A DNA stretch of 64,000 bases from a virus (Duplodnaviria; Caudoviricetes), in IMG/VR virus record IMGVR_UViG_3300050160_000037, positions 1,565 to 65,564 of that record; one strand, written 5' to 3'. The position numbers and the translations under genes were made by a program. The notes beneath the pieces are model-generated. The model did not search any database. It worked only from the letters and a program-made list of their open reading frames with translations, and was not told the DNA's origin. Positions 49,949-59,016 of the stretch are shown here, piece after piece (position 1 is the stretch's first letter; the number at the start of each line of letters is the position of its first letter).

Positions 49949-51232
49949 TTATCCCCTGATGTGGATGAGTTCACCGAACTTTACGGTAGCACTCTTGTTG
50001 CCGATGGCCACCCAGATGGTTGGCACTTCAAAAGGAAGTTCCCCCATCACTCCGCAGCAAAGATCTGAGAAGATCACGGCTGCTGTGGGTTTGTTTTCGA
50101 TCATGTGTTCCCTGACGGGAGTGAGATCAGTGCCGCCTCGACCGATGACGACGAGTTCGGAGAACTCCTCTTCTTCTTCGAAGGATCGTTCCTGTGTGAT
50201 CCGGGTATCAAACTGGACGAGTGTGAGCTTCTTGGGCTTGAAGGTGTCCTTGATGTACTTGACCTCCGAATTAAACCGGATGACCTGTGCATCAGTGACA
50301 GAGCCTGAGACGTCGAGATAGTAGATCAGGTGATCCAGCTTGCCGTCGTCTTCGAAGCGATGTGGTAGGTAGATGTCTTGGAACCGACGGTTGGGCCTTG
50401 CCCACGAATAATCTTCTTCCAACAAATCGTGGAAGAACTTGTGGAGCAGAATTTCCCACGGGACGATAGGCGAGAGGAACTGCTTGAGCAGTGTTTCGAC
50501 CTCGCCGGGGATGTCACCTGCATGGCCTGCGATACGAGCTTGGTGTGCTGCCTGAACGACAGCACCGATGGCTTTGGCGATCTGTTCCTTGGAGGTGCCA
50601 GCTTTGCTGACTATATCGCCTTTGCCGAAGATGTCTTCTGGGCCATCTTCTTCGTCTTCGTCTTCGAGAGCCTCGCCGGTTTCGTTGGTTTCACCAGAAC
50701 CAAGACCAAGCCATGCGTCTCCGAGCAGCTTTTTGAGCTGTTCGATGAAGCCATGGCCTTGGGCCATGAGAGCATCATAGATGTCCTCTTCGGCCATTCG
50801 ACCATTTTGGTCGAATGAATGATCGAGCCAAGGGCTTGTACCGGTGAACAGGTATCCTGCTTTTTCCAGATCGTTGTTGATCCGGATGTCGCAGGCGTAA
50901 TTGAAAATGAGAGGATTGCGATCACCGCAACGGACCATGTGCAGACGAGCCGTGTGCCATAGCTCATGAAGCAGTACAGTCTTTCGGACTTCTGGATCCA
51001 GCTTGAGGAACCAGAAAGGGTTCCACCAGAGTTCGGTGCCATTGGTGGCAGCCGTGTTGATTTGGGCAGTCCAGACGAAGTTCATCATGGACATTAGTGG
51101 CCCGAGAAAGGCAGCACTGGTTCCCATGAAGACCTTGGATTTGGTAATGTCGAGCTGACGGTTCAGCTCATACAAATCGAAGTCTGGAGTTATGATACGT
51201 TTGGGAACCTCGTTCACGACGACGTTTGACAC
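49949..51232 (-). CDS. Metallopeptidase-like plus vWA domain protein (N4 gp25-like, DUF2201 type)
   Basis: TAATNG, VLLHELWH (HExxH), NYACDIRIN and MIDAS-like LDVSGS. GTG start at 51232 with a GAGGA RBS. Confidence 0.85.
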   Translation of the reverse strand: MSNVVVNEVPKRIITPDFDLYELNRQLDITKSKVFMGTSAAFLGPLMSMMNFVWTAQINTAATNGTELWWNPFWFLKLDPEVRKTVLLHELWHTARLHMVRCGDRNPLIFNYACDIRINNDLEKAGYLFTGTSPWLDHSFDQNGRMAEEDIYDALMAQGHGFIEQLKKLLGDAWLGLGSGETNETGEALEDEDEEDGPEDIFGKGDIVSKAGTSKEQIAKAIGAVVQAAHQARIAGHAGDIPGEVETLLKQFLSPIVPWEILLHKFFHDLLEEDYSWARPNRRFQDIYLPHRFEDDGKLDHLIYYLDVSGSVTDAQVIRFNSEVKYIKDTFKPKKLTLVQFDTRITQERSFEEEEEFSELVVIGRGGTDLTPVREHMIENKPTAAVIFSDLCCGVMGELPFEVPTIWVAIGNKSATVKFGELIHIRG

Positions 51233-51443
51233 GGAGATCATCCTCTTCGTTGAGATAAACTGCGTCACCACAGTTCGGACAAATGAGGAATAGCTTTCCG
51301 CCTTCCTCTGCGAGATCGATGAGTTGAGCTTTGCATTTCGGTCGGTAGGGATGCCCATGCTCTGCAATGTATTCGAGTTTGAGCATCCCTGCTTTTTTGA
51401 AGTCGGCTGGTCCCCACTCAGTGATGGACTTGGAGCTGTCCAT
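51168..51443 (-). CDS. Small Zn-ribbon-like protein
   Basis: PKC...CPNC; coupled (TGATG) to the upstream AAA gene. Confidence 0.55.
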   Translation of the reverse strand: MDSSKSITEWGPADFKKAGMLKLEYIAEHGHPYRPKCKAQLIDLAEEGGKLFLICPNCGDAVYLNEEDDLRVKRRRERGSQTYHNSRLRFV

Positions 51444-52504
51444 CAGTTGAGATACCGGTAAAGCTCCTGCATAGCCTTGGCGAATGCCGGATGGGCACGG
51501 AGCATGGGCTTGGTAGCCATCACGGAACGGAAGAACAGCACCTTGAAATCAAGGCTGAAGCGATTGGCATAAGTAGCCAAAGCGCCGAAGTTCTTCTCGG
51601 TGACCACTTCACACATATGTGAGATGTTGGCCCACTGCTCAGCCGGATCGTTGGGGATACGGCAGGAGCTGGGATCCTTCTCGATCTCAGTGATGGACAC
51701 GAGGTTTTCGAAGCACCGAGTAAACTGGATGAAATCCACGGCTACGCCGCTGGTGATTTTGCCAGCGTACATATGGGTACGAGTGGCGTCGATGCCCTTC
51801 TTGCTTGGTTCCTTGGACTGGAGGAGCTTGTTGACGAACTCCCAAGTCCGAGGGCAGCAGAAGGTCTTCTCGTTGTGATCGGGCCGGAAATCGAACAGCT
51901 TGCTGGGATAGCGGTTCAGATAGGCGATGATGCGGCGGTCCCAGTTCTGGGCCAGAGCCACATCCATCAGCCATTCCTTGTGACTGATCTCCAACGTATA
52001 GTGGGAGAGACGGCTCTGCATGGCAGTGCCGATGGGATTGGTAATAGCACGGTCAGTGCTTTTGTTGCTGGCAGCACCAATCACGACCCGTTGGTTTAGC
52101 TTCCGCTGGCCAGTGCGTTTGTCGAGAATGAGCTTGTAGGCAGCAGCCTGCACACTCTTGGTGGCTGACGCCATCTCGTCGAGAAACAAGAGCCAGCCAT
52201 CCTTGCCTTCGGGCAGAGGCGTATCGTCCAGAGGAAACAGCTCAGCGAATGGCGCAAACGACGCTGTTCCATTATCGTTGAACCTTGGCAGGCCGGAGAG
52301 ATCCTCCGGTGCCGAAGTGCTGAGACGGTGGTCGATCAGCTCAAGATTGAGCTTGTCTGCCACTTGCCCGAAAATGGCTGATTTGCCGATGCCCGGTGAG
52401 CCTTCGACATGGGGAACAACGCCTGCGAAGAAGTCTTCTTCAAGGGCTTGGGCAAGCTGGCGGGGTGTAACAGTGTACAGGTTGTTGACGTCGAGGTCGC
52501 TCAC
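51443..52504 (-). CDS. MoxR-like AAA+ ATPase (N4 gp24-like)
   Basis: GSPGIGKS, LFLDEM and TAMQSRL. Confidence 0.88.
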   Translation of the reverse strand: MSDLDVNNLYTVTPRQLAQALEEDFFAGVVPHVEGSPGIGKSAIFGQVADKLNLELIDHRLSTSAPEDLSGLPRFNDNGTASFAPFAELFPLDDTPLPEGKDGWLLFLDEMASATKSVQAAAYKLILDKRTGQRKLNQRVVIGAASNKSTDRAITNPIGTAMQSRLSHYTLEISHKEWLMDVALAQNWDRRIIAYLNRYPSKLFDFRPDHNEKTFCCPRTWEFVNKLLQSKEPSKKGIDATRTHMYAGKITSGVAVDFIQFTRCFENLVSITEIEKDPSSCRIPNDPAEQWANISHMCEVVTEKNFGALATYANRFSLDFKVLFFRSVMATKPMLRAHPAFAKAMQELYRYLN

Positions 52505-52665
52505 GGCATCTTCTTTCTGTTGGTTAGCAGGCGAGTCAGTGCCTGCGTGTTGTTGGGCCTGAAGCCCAATTCTTGGTGAAGCTCATCACAGTAGTCCGAG
52601 AGCATCAGGATGATCTCAGGGTTAGTGATGGTGATGTTTCGAGTGCCTTCAGGTTTCTTGCTCAC
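52501..52665 (-). CDS. Ribbon-helix-helix-like small protein, 54 aa (not in ORF track)
   Basis: Manual translation MSKKPEGTRNITITNPEIILMLSDYCDELHQELGFRPNNTQALTRLLTNRKKMP*, with GTGA overlaps at both ends. Confidence 0.65.
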   Translation of the reverse strand: MSKKPEGTRNITITNPEIILMLSDYCDELHQELGFRPNNTQALTRLLTNRKKMP

Positions 52666-53105
52666 CGAAGAGTTTCCTCTTCAGATTTGGGAGGTAGATA
52701 GGCCTCGTAGGGATTTTCCTCGGAGCACAGGTGCCCGACAGGGGTCATGACGAACATGCCATTGTCGTGCCCAACCAAAGTAAGCACTGAACGTGCTTCC
52801 ATGGTCTTGGCGTCGAGACAGGACATGAGGGCAAGGTTGCCATCGGCACATGCCTTTTTGAGCTGCTCGAACCATTGTTTGTGGTGCTCAGGCAGCTTGC
52901 CGGGATCCTGTGGTAGCCCAAGGATTTCGGGCTTCTGGTTCACGGCCTCGCAGAGACGAGACCATACACCATTGCCGAGTTCGACGATGATCTCACCATC
53001 TCCACTGGGCTGGTGAGCGTTGATTTTAGCACGCATGAACAAGTCAGCATGGATGGAACCAAGGAGCTGGAGCAGATCACGGTTCTGCTTACGGAGATTG
53101 GGCAT
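52662..53105 (-). CDS. Hypothetical protein
   Basis: 147-aa ORF in the co-oriented chain. Confidence 0.6.
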   Translation of the reverse strand: MPNLRKQNRDLLQLLGSIHADLFMRAKINAHQPSGDGEIIVELGNGVWSRLCEAVNQKPEILGLPQDPGKLPEHHKQWFEQLKKACADGNLALMSCLDAKTMEARSVLTLVGHDNGMFVMTPVGHLCSEENPYEAYLPPKSEEETLR

Positions 53106-53195
53106 AAAAATTCCCCCCTGAGGAGCCTCCTGAGAGGCCCTCAGAAGGGTTCTGATGAAAAGTGGGTGTGTGTGCCTGTCAGAGCTGAAAACGCT

Positions 53196-53429
53196 CTAGG
53201 GGGCTTGTATGGGATCGTTTGGTGTGGGTTCCCAGATCTGCCAGTCCTCGCCACGGTCGATGACACGGGCATTACTGCAACTGGGGGCCAGAAGAATGCC
53301 TTCTTTACCCCTTTCAGCGTCTTCGAGCTTGTTGGTGTACAGGATGGGTTGCCAGCCGGGAGATGGGTATCCTTCGGCTTCGACCATGTACCGTTGGCCA
53401 TAGTCGCCCGTAGATGCGAAGTGGGTCAT
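53196..53429 (-). CDS. Hypothetical protein
   Basis: 77 aa with an ATGA overlap; a hairpin with a U-tract follows at about 53107-53155. Confidence 0.6.
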   Translation of the reverse strand: MTHFASTGDYGQRYMVEAEGYPSPGWQPILYTNKLEDAERGKEGILLAPSCSNARVIDRGEDWQIWEPTPNDPIQAP

Positions 53430-53608
53430 GTACTGGTCTGCTCGATGATCCGAATGGCACAGTTGAGGCCTTCCTTGAAGCCCTTTTGCCGTTCGGTGAG
53501 GTTGATGGAGTCTTCGTCACCCATGACGATCACCGGCTGCACCATATCCTTGGTCCGGGTGAGCTTTTCGATGATCGATGCGAGAGCGGTGGTTGTCCGG
53601 TTGGCCAT
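53426..53608 (-). CDS. Hypothetical protein
   Basis: 60 aa, coupled (TAATG) to the upstream gene, with a GGAG RBS. Confidence 0.6.
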   Translation of the reverse strand: MANRTTTALASIIEKLTRTKDMVQPVIVMGDEDSINLTERQKGFKEGLNCAIRIIEQTST

Positions 53609-53922
53609 TAGCGTCTCCTTGGTTTGTGAGGGTTGTTGCTCACGTCGAACACAGTCGGTGTGGGCTTGTCCTCGGGGGTGAACAGCTCGGCTTCCAGCTC
53701 AGCGAACATGTTCTGGATGCCCATCTCATGCCGCCTGATTATGAAACGAGCGAACTGGCTTGGGCGACAGATGATAATGACATCATCCCAGTCGCACCGG
53801 CCAAGTGTCTCACCGAAAACTTCGGCGACCAGTTCACGATATTGAAGGCTTTCGCTGCCGTGCTTGGACAGACGGCAAGACGGGATCTTGAAACGAACCC
53901 GGTCTCTCGACGGAGTGGCCAT
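53608..53922 (-). CDS. Hypothetical protein
   Basis: 104 aa, starting 1 nt after the AAA gene stop. Confidence 0.6.
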   Translation of the reverse strand: MATPSRDRVRFKIPSCRLSKHGSESLQYRELVAEVFGETLGRCDWDDVIIICRPSQFARFIIRRHEMGIQNMFAELEAELFTPEDKPTPTVFDVSNNPHKPRRR

Positions 53923-53923
53923 C

Positions 53924-54673
53924 TCAGATGTCCTTCATGAAGAACTGGTGGATCACCGAGTTGATGAGGCGAATGCCGATGTGAGCTTCTGCGTCTTGAT
54001 CCCGCATCCGCTTGACGACCCATTGGATCGCCTGCTTCTTTTTGGTGTGGGGATAGACCAGCATGTACTGCTGCCAGAGGTCGAGGCTCTCGATGTGTTT
54101 CTCCAACTCATCGAGGGGAACAGGATCGGTGTAGAACACCAATGGCACACGGCCAACGAACTCGGCACGAACGCCTGCATCACGAAGATCGGCGATGGTC
54201 TTGATCTCCTGACCGGAATAGGCTCCGGCGAAGATGAACAGGCTGTTGTCGATCCGGATTGGTTCGTACTTGCCATAATCCGTGAAAATGCTGGTGTATT
54301 TGCTTTCCAGAGCGGTGAGGAACTCGTCCTGCACCATGGTCCGAAAGTCTTCGGTCTTCTCACCGTTGCGTTGAAAGAGCTTGTCGAACTCGTCCACGAA
54401 GACGATGTTTGGCTCATTCCAGTGCTCACGGAGCTTGCGGAGAGCTTTGGACAGACTGTTGCCGGATAGGCCTTCGGCTGTGAGACCGGCAGCATTGATC
54501 TCGATAAACGGGATCTTGAGGATGTCTGCCTGTCGCTTCACGAGGAAGCTCTTCCCGGAACCAGTCTTGCCGGTGAGATGGAAGTGTGGCCGAATGGCAC
54601 CCTTCGACTCGGTGAACACGGTCATGATATGGTCGATTTGCTCAACCACTCGCTGTTGTTGCGGAAATATCAC
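53924..54673 (-). CDS. ClpX/HslU-like AAA+ ATPase domain protein
   Basis: GKTGSGKS, IEINAAGLTAEGLSG, IVFVDEFDKL, LFIFAGAY and AEFVGRVP. It lacks the N-terminal Zn-binding domain. Confidence 0.8.
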   Translation of the reverse strand: MIFPQQQRVVEQIDHIMTVFTESKGAIRPHFHLTGKTGSGKSFLVKRQADILKIPFIEINAAGLTAEGLSGNSLSKALRKLREHWNEPNIVFVDEFDKLFQRNGEKTEDFRTMVQDEFLTALESKYTSIFTDYGKYEPIRIDNSLFIFAGAYSGQEIKTIADLRDAGVRAEFVGRVPLVFYTDPVPLDELEKHIESLDLWQQYMLVYPHTKKKQAIQWVVKRMRDQDAEAHIGIRLINSVIHQFFMKDI

Positions 54674-54685
54674 AGTGTTGCTCCT

Positions 54686-54925
54686 TTACCTCTCCTTCGC
54701 TTTGCGAAGGTAGTAGTTGATGGTGGTCTTGTGGACGCCAATCTCTTCGGCGATCTGGTCTTTGGTCATGCCCTGAGTGAGCATATCCAAGGTCCGATCA
54801 ATGCGACGGTTGAGCTTGGCTTTGGAGAGAGCAGCACTCTTGAGCGAGGCTGCTTTGTTGGATTTGAGGGGACGCTTCTGTTCGCGGTAACGACGACGAA
54901 GCTCATCCATGCTGAGATATTCCAT
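54686..54925 (-). CDS. Small HTH DNA-binding protein
   Basis: GMTKDQIAEEIGVHKTTINYYL with a basic N-terminus. Confidence 0.75.
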   Translation of the reverse strand: MEYLSMDELRRRYREQKRPLKSNKAASLKSAALSKAKLNRRIDRTLDMLTQGMTKDQIAEEIGVHKTTINYYLRKAKER

Positions 54926-55605
54926 GACCGTTCTCCGAAGGGTGATGGCCGATGGCTATATCGCTGCATTAAAAGCGTAGGGAGCCACCGGACGCACCAA
55001 ATCCCTAAAAGTGAAGATGTACGATGTCTCTGGGTCAAGCCCTCGTTTCGATCCATCATCAACCACGGTCGGGATCTGAACTGGTTCCACTGCTCGTCTG
55101 TTGCTATCGTGGTTCTAGCGCCAAGGGGGCTACGAGCTTCCCGCTTCGAACTTTCTCGCTGTTCTAGGCATTGACAATAATTAACGTCTACCCGGTGAGC
55201 ATCTGGTGAACCAGTAATAGCCCATCGGTGCGACGGCGAGGCCAAACATTCGGAATAGTATGGGGTGCTTCAGACACATCTGAAGGTTCGCCAGCGACTC
55301 ACCCGCAAGCAGGATTGTTGTTGCGGTCTGTGCCTCCTGCTTTTTAGGGGATGACGACTGTCTATCCTCACAGGACACCCGAAGCAGCCTGAGGATGGTC
55401 CATCAGGCTGTTCGTTAAGCTGATCTCTCAGCTTAGAAGACCGGTCTCCGCTGGCTTGGCCTGATCGGTGACAAGAGCCTTATATCGACCCAGTTCTATT
55501 TGGGCGTATTGGCCTATCGGTCTTCAAAGATGAGAGTAGCTGGTTCGATCTTGCCCTTCGGGAGAGACATGATCGAACCAACCACAAAACCAATTAAGAG
55601 ATCGG
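54926..55605 (-). ncRNA. Candidate large structured non-coding RNA (family unidentified)
   Basis: 680-nt gap without a credible CDS, holding at least 9 helices of 6-10 bp, long-range and crossing pairings, and a GAGA tetraloop on the - strand (see findings). Confidence 0.55.
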
Positions 55606-56154
55606 TTATGAAACGGTGACAGCGACGGTACGCTTGATGCCCGTCTTCGGATGAGTGACGGTGATAGTCGCCGAACCAGTGGCAACGGCAGTAATCAAGC
55701 CGGAGGCGTTGACAGTGGCCTTTGCCGTATTGCTGCTGGAATAAGTGAAAGCCTGATCCAGAGCATTGACCGGGGTGACGCTGGCGATGGTGATCTGCTG
55801 CGTTGCAGCAGGTGCCTTCGTCGTGGTCGTCGGGGTCACGGTGAAAGCCGTGAGGGTCCGAATGAGAATGCTGTACTTCGAGAAGTCCAGCTCCCCGGCT
55901 TTGTAGAGCAGATCACGAACGTGATGGAAGAGGACATGGCTGCCTTCATCCAACTGGGCCGGTGCCGTGATCGGCGTGCTGGTGTTCAGCAGAAGACCGT
56001 CATCAAGGTCATCGTCGCTGTCGTTGGCACCAGTCACGAGGTCATCGTGATCGAAGGTGCCAATCGAGGTAAAACCACTGGTGAATGCCAGAGCATTCGA
56101 GATGATTTCGATTTCTTTGGTGCTGACCTTACGGCCAACCTTGTAGGTGGACAT
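55606..56154 (-). CDS. Ig-like (Big_2) domain protein, probable capsid decoration (N4 gp17 position)
   Basis: QITIASVTPVNALDQAFTYSSSNTAKATVNASGLITAVATGSATITVT, located downstream of RNAP2. Confidence 0.8.
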   Translation of the reverse strand: MSTYKVGRKVSTKEIEIISNALAFTSGFTSIGTFDHDDLVTGANDSDDDLDDGLLLNTSTPITAPAQLDEGSHVLFHHVRDLLYKAGELDFSKYSILIRTLTAFTVTPTTTTKAPAATQQITIASVTPVNALDQAFTYSSSNTAKATVNASGLITAVATGSATITVTHPKTGIKRTVAVTVS

Positions 56155-56215
56155 AGCGAATTACCTCTTGCAAGAGATGGTTGCCCGAAAGGACAACCAG
56201 TCTCTTACATAGGTT

Positions 56216-57421
56216 TTAGCTCAACGCATAGTCTGTGCGTTGTACGTCCAGCCAGAGCTTCGGATCGAGCTTGCCCACTTGGATCGGTTTACCGACCAAC
56301 TGGGAGATCATGCTGCTGAGCAGGTTGCTCCGAGCGATCATTGCAAGTTGGTGAGCATACTGCCACCGGAGATCATTCCCGTAGTTGGGATGGACCCGGA
56401 AGCAGTCGTGAATGCTCACCACTTTGAATGGACGCTCTGGGAGCGTTTCTAGCAGCTCATGGATGACAGAGCCATCCACATGCCTGAAATTGTCTTCAGT
56501 CAGATGATCCAAGATCCGGGCCGATAGATAGCCAGTGGTGAGATAATGGTCCCACAAGATGATGACCATCTCATCGTCCTTGGTCTTGGTTCCAAGACCG
56601 AAGGTCGAACCGTCTGTTTCTAGCAGCTCGTATAGCTTAGTGACCTTGGCCATATTGTAATCGCAGCGACGGGTGATCTCACGGACGATCATGCCGTCGA
56701 TGCTGTGGATGGTGTTGGCACCAAGCGAACGTCCATCTTTCATTGGGCGGTTCACATGGTGGTAGACCTCGAACGGTTCGTTGAGGAAGTTCACGGTTTC
56801 CTTTACACGATCCATCACCCTTATGTGGACATGGAAGTTGTCCGGCAGCACCCAGTCATGGGACAAAGCAGTGCTGTTCCAGAGGCCCAGCATCGCTTCG
56901 TTGAGTTCCCATGCACCGGGTGCAGAGGTCTCCATCGTGTTATAGAACACATCCAGCAGAGCGCCTTCTCCAAAGATTTTCTTGGGCATGGCACGGCTGG
57001 AATAGAGCGAGGTCATGATAGCCTGCTTGGTGTCATCTCGGCTGATCTTGGACACGTCATTAATGACGGCCAGCATTCGCTGGTAGATCGCCGTATAGCT
57101 ATCCTCACGTTTGCCGGTGGAGACCACATTGCAAAGTTGGCTGGCCAGCCTGTCACCAGTCAGGACAGCGAGGAGCTGCAAGCCACTGGATGTGGCATCC
57201 AAGCTGATCATGTAGCCTGAGGGCACACCGTTGAGAGCATCGTTGTAGGCCTTGCAGCCTGCATAGAAGAGAGCAGGCTCTTCGGCCTGATTGATCATTT
57301 CGGCCATCTCGTTGGTGTGGTTGTCGAACCAAGAGATACGATCTGCCCAGCTCAGCTTGTCGAGGCCAAAGCTGTTAGCGATGTCGATTTTGAGATATTC
57401 GAGGGGTGTGAAACGCTGCAT
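56216..57421 (-). CDS. RNA polymerase II subunit 2 (N4 gp16-like)
   Basis: Starts MQRFTPLEYLKIDIAN after an AAGGAG RBS. Motifs LDATSSGLQ, KQAIMTSLY and IHDCF. Confidence 0.93.
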   Translation of the reverse strand: MQRFTPLEYLKIDIANSFGLDKLSWADRISWFDNHTNEMAEMINQAEEPALFYAGCKAYNDALNGVPSGYMISLDATSSGLQLLAVLTGDRLASQLCNVVSTGKREDSYTAIYQRMLAVINDVSKISRDDTKQAIMTSLYSSRAMPKKIFGEGALLDVFYNTMETSAPGAWELNEAMLGLWNSTALSHDWVLPDNFHVHIRVMDRVKETVNFLNEPFEVYHHVNRPMKDGRSLGANTIHSIDGMIVREITRRCDYNMAKVTKLYELLETDGSTFGLGTKTKDDEMVIILWDHYLTTGYLSARILDHLTEDNFRHVDGSVIHELLETLPERPFKVVSIHDCFRVHPNYGNDLRWQYAHQLAMIARSNLLSSMISQLVGKPIQVGKLDPKLWLDVQRTDYALS

Positions 57422-57443
57422 TGTAAGCTCCTTGCGTTGTGAC

Positions 57444-57944
57444 CTAGCGGCCATGGTTTGGGTGATAGCCGTATTGTTTTTCCATCTGGACACGGGCTTC
57501 ACAGGCCATTTGAAAGGCCTGTTCTTCACCGTATTTCTTGATGGAGAAGGTCTTGATGACCTGTTTTCCAGATTGGTCATTGCATGTGGCACGCCACATG
57601 GAGACCTTCTGGTTGCCTCGTCGGGTGGTTTCCCATCGAGAGACACCTTGAACGCCTGAGACATTTTTGGATGATGTCTTCATGTTTCGCTTATTAGCTG
57701 CTCCGGGAATACATCTTAGGTTGCAAAGACGATTGTCTGTTCGCACCCCGTTGATGTGGTCAATTTCCCAGCCAGCAGGGATAGGTCCAAAGATTTGCTC
57801 CCAGATCCAACGATGTAGGTAAACCACCACGTTGTCTCTTGAAATACGGATATAGCCATTTGGGCTGTTGGCGTCCGAGTTGGGGTAACATTGGGCCAAA
57901 TCATGTGCTGATCCTGCCCAGTAACCCATAGGTTTTCTGGCCAT
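57444..57944 (-). mobile_element. Free-standing HNH endonuclease (HNH_3 plus AP2-like) between RNAP subunits
   Basis: YLHRWIWE...IDHINGVRTDNRLCNLR and SGVQGV. ATG at 57944 after an AAGGA RBS. Confidence 0.85.
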
Positions 57945-57972
57945 CTTGTTTCCTTTCATGATACCCAGATAG

Positions 57973-58806
57973 CTATAGCTCGATAATCTCCTTATCTGCA
58001 AGCTCTATAACGCTCTTATTCCAAGCATTTCCCTGGTATGAAATGTGATAGCCTTGGCAGTAGACACGTCCCCGCTTGTCATAGCGGTGCGTGAGGTAGA
58101 ACTCGTTGCCGTATTCTTCGAGGATGCCAATCACAGCGAAGGCCGTGCGGTCATATTTTTCGAACGCACGCTTGCGACGTTCGAAGTCCTCATGGCTTTC
58201 GCCCTCTTTCACTCGGTCGAGGTTACGCCATTTGTTGGAGATCATGCACGCGGTATCCACGTTGATCGTGAACTTGACCTTGTTCATGCGGTTGATGTGG
58301 TCGAGGCACACATCGTCGTTGTGATGATTTTTCTTGAGAATGATCGAGCCATTCTTGCCCAGCACATATCCGGTTTCCCGGTTGTTGTTGACCTGCCTTG
58401 GTTCGATGATCATCGGCAGTGGGAATTGGAACAAGTCCAGTTCCTGCTGCACCTCAGGAGGTATCTGCAATGCGGGATCCACAACGAGCTGTGAGAAGGC
58501 AGGCTGCCAGTGCAGCATATCCAGTTCACAGGCTTTGAGAATGGCATCTGCCACCTCCTGAGCCGTGTTGAAGTGGGGTCTCATGAGACCCACCATGGTG
58601 GGCAGATCGGTTCTACGATGGAGTGCAATCTGAACCAGAAGGGCGAAACCGAAATCCAGATCGATCTTGTTGATCTCCATGAATTTGGTGAGGTCCAGTA
58701 CCGGACGCAGATCCTCCTCGAAATATCGACGAAGCCTGCTGGTGGTCTGGTTCTTGTTGTAGAGCCGTTCCAGTTCGATTTGTGCTTGCATATTGGCGTC
58801 TTGCAC
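57973..58806 (-). CDS. RNA polymerase II subunit 1 (N4 gp15-like)
   Basis: QIELERLYNKNQ, QFPLPMIIEP and FYLTHRYDKRGRVYCQGYH. Confidence 0.93.
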   Translation of the reverse strand: MQDANMQAQIELERLYNKNQTTSRLRRYFEEDLRPVLDLTKFMEINKIDLDFGFALLVQIALHRRTDLPTMVGLMRPHFNTAQEVADAILKACELDMLHWQPAFSQLVVDPALQIPPEVQQELDLFQFPLPMIIEPRQVNNNRETGYVLGKNGSIILKKNHHNDDVCLDHINRMNKVKFTINVDTACMISNKWRNLDRVKEGESHEDFERRKRAFEKYDRTAFAVIGILEEYGNEFYLTHRYDKRGRVYCQGYHISYQGNAWNKSVIELADKEIIEL

Positions 58807-58808
58807 GA

Positions 58809-59006
58809 TCAGATCCTCTCGGAAATAGTGGTCACTGAGAAGCAGTGCAGGTTGCGGTTGTTCGCTTCCTGAACTGCTTTTGCTTTGTCCTCGTAGGCGA
58901 GTACAACACGTCCAGAGCCTCTGGCTCGGAGCTGGTATTCGACTCGGACGGATACTCTGTCGTCGAGAGGCAGGCCCTTGATTTGTCGTTCTACGAGATG
59001 CTTCAT
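58809..59006 (-). CDS. Hypothetical protein
   Basis: 65 aa with an AGGAG RBS. Confidence 0.6.
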   Translation of the reverse strand: MKHLVERQIKGLPLDDRVSVRVEYQLRARGSGRVVLAYEDKAKAVQEANNRNLHCFSVTTISERI

Positions 59007-59016
59007 GCGTCTTCTC

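Noticed and set aside
55040-55065. Hammerhead-like UUGAUGA...CGAAAC on -
   Set aside because: The first core base is wrong (U rather than C) and only 5-6 nt separate the motifs, leaving no stem II.
54766-55378. ORFs 54766-55245 (-), 55181-55378 (-) and 54578-55174 (+) as genes in the large gap
   Set aside because: They have no RBS, show non-native codon use, and overlap the real HTH gene out of frame or antisense.
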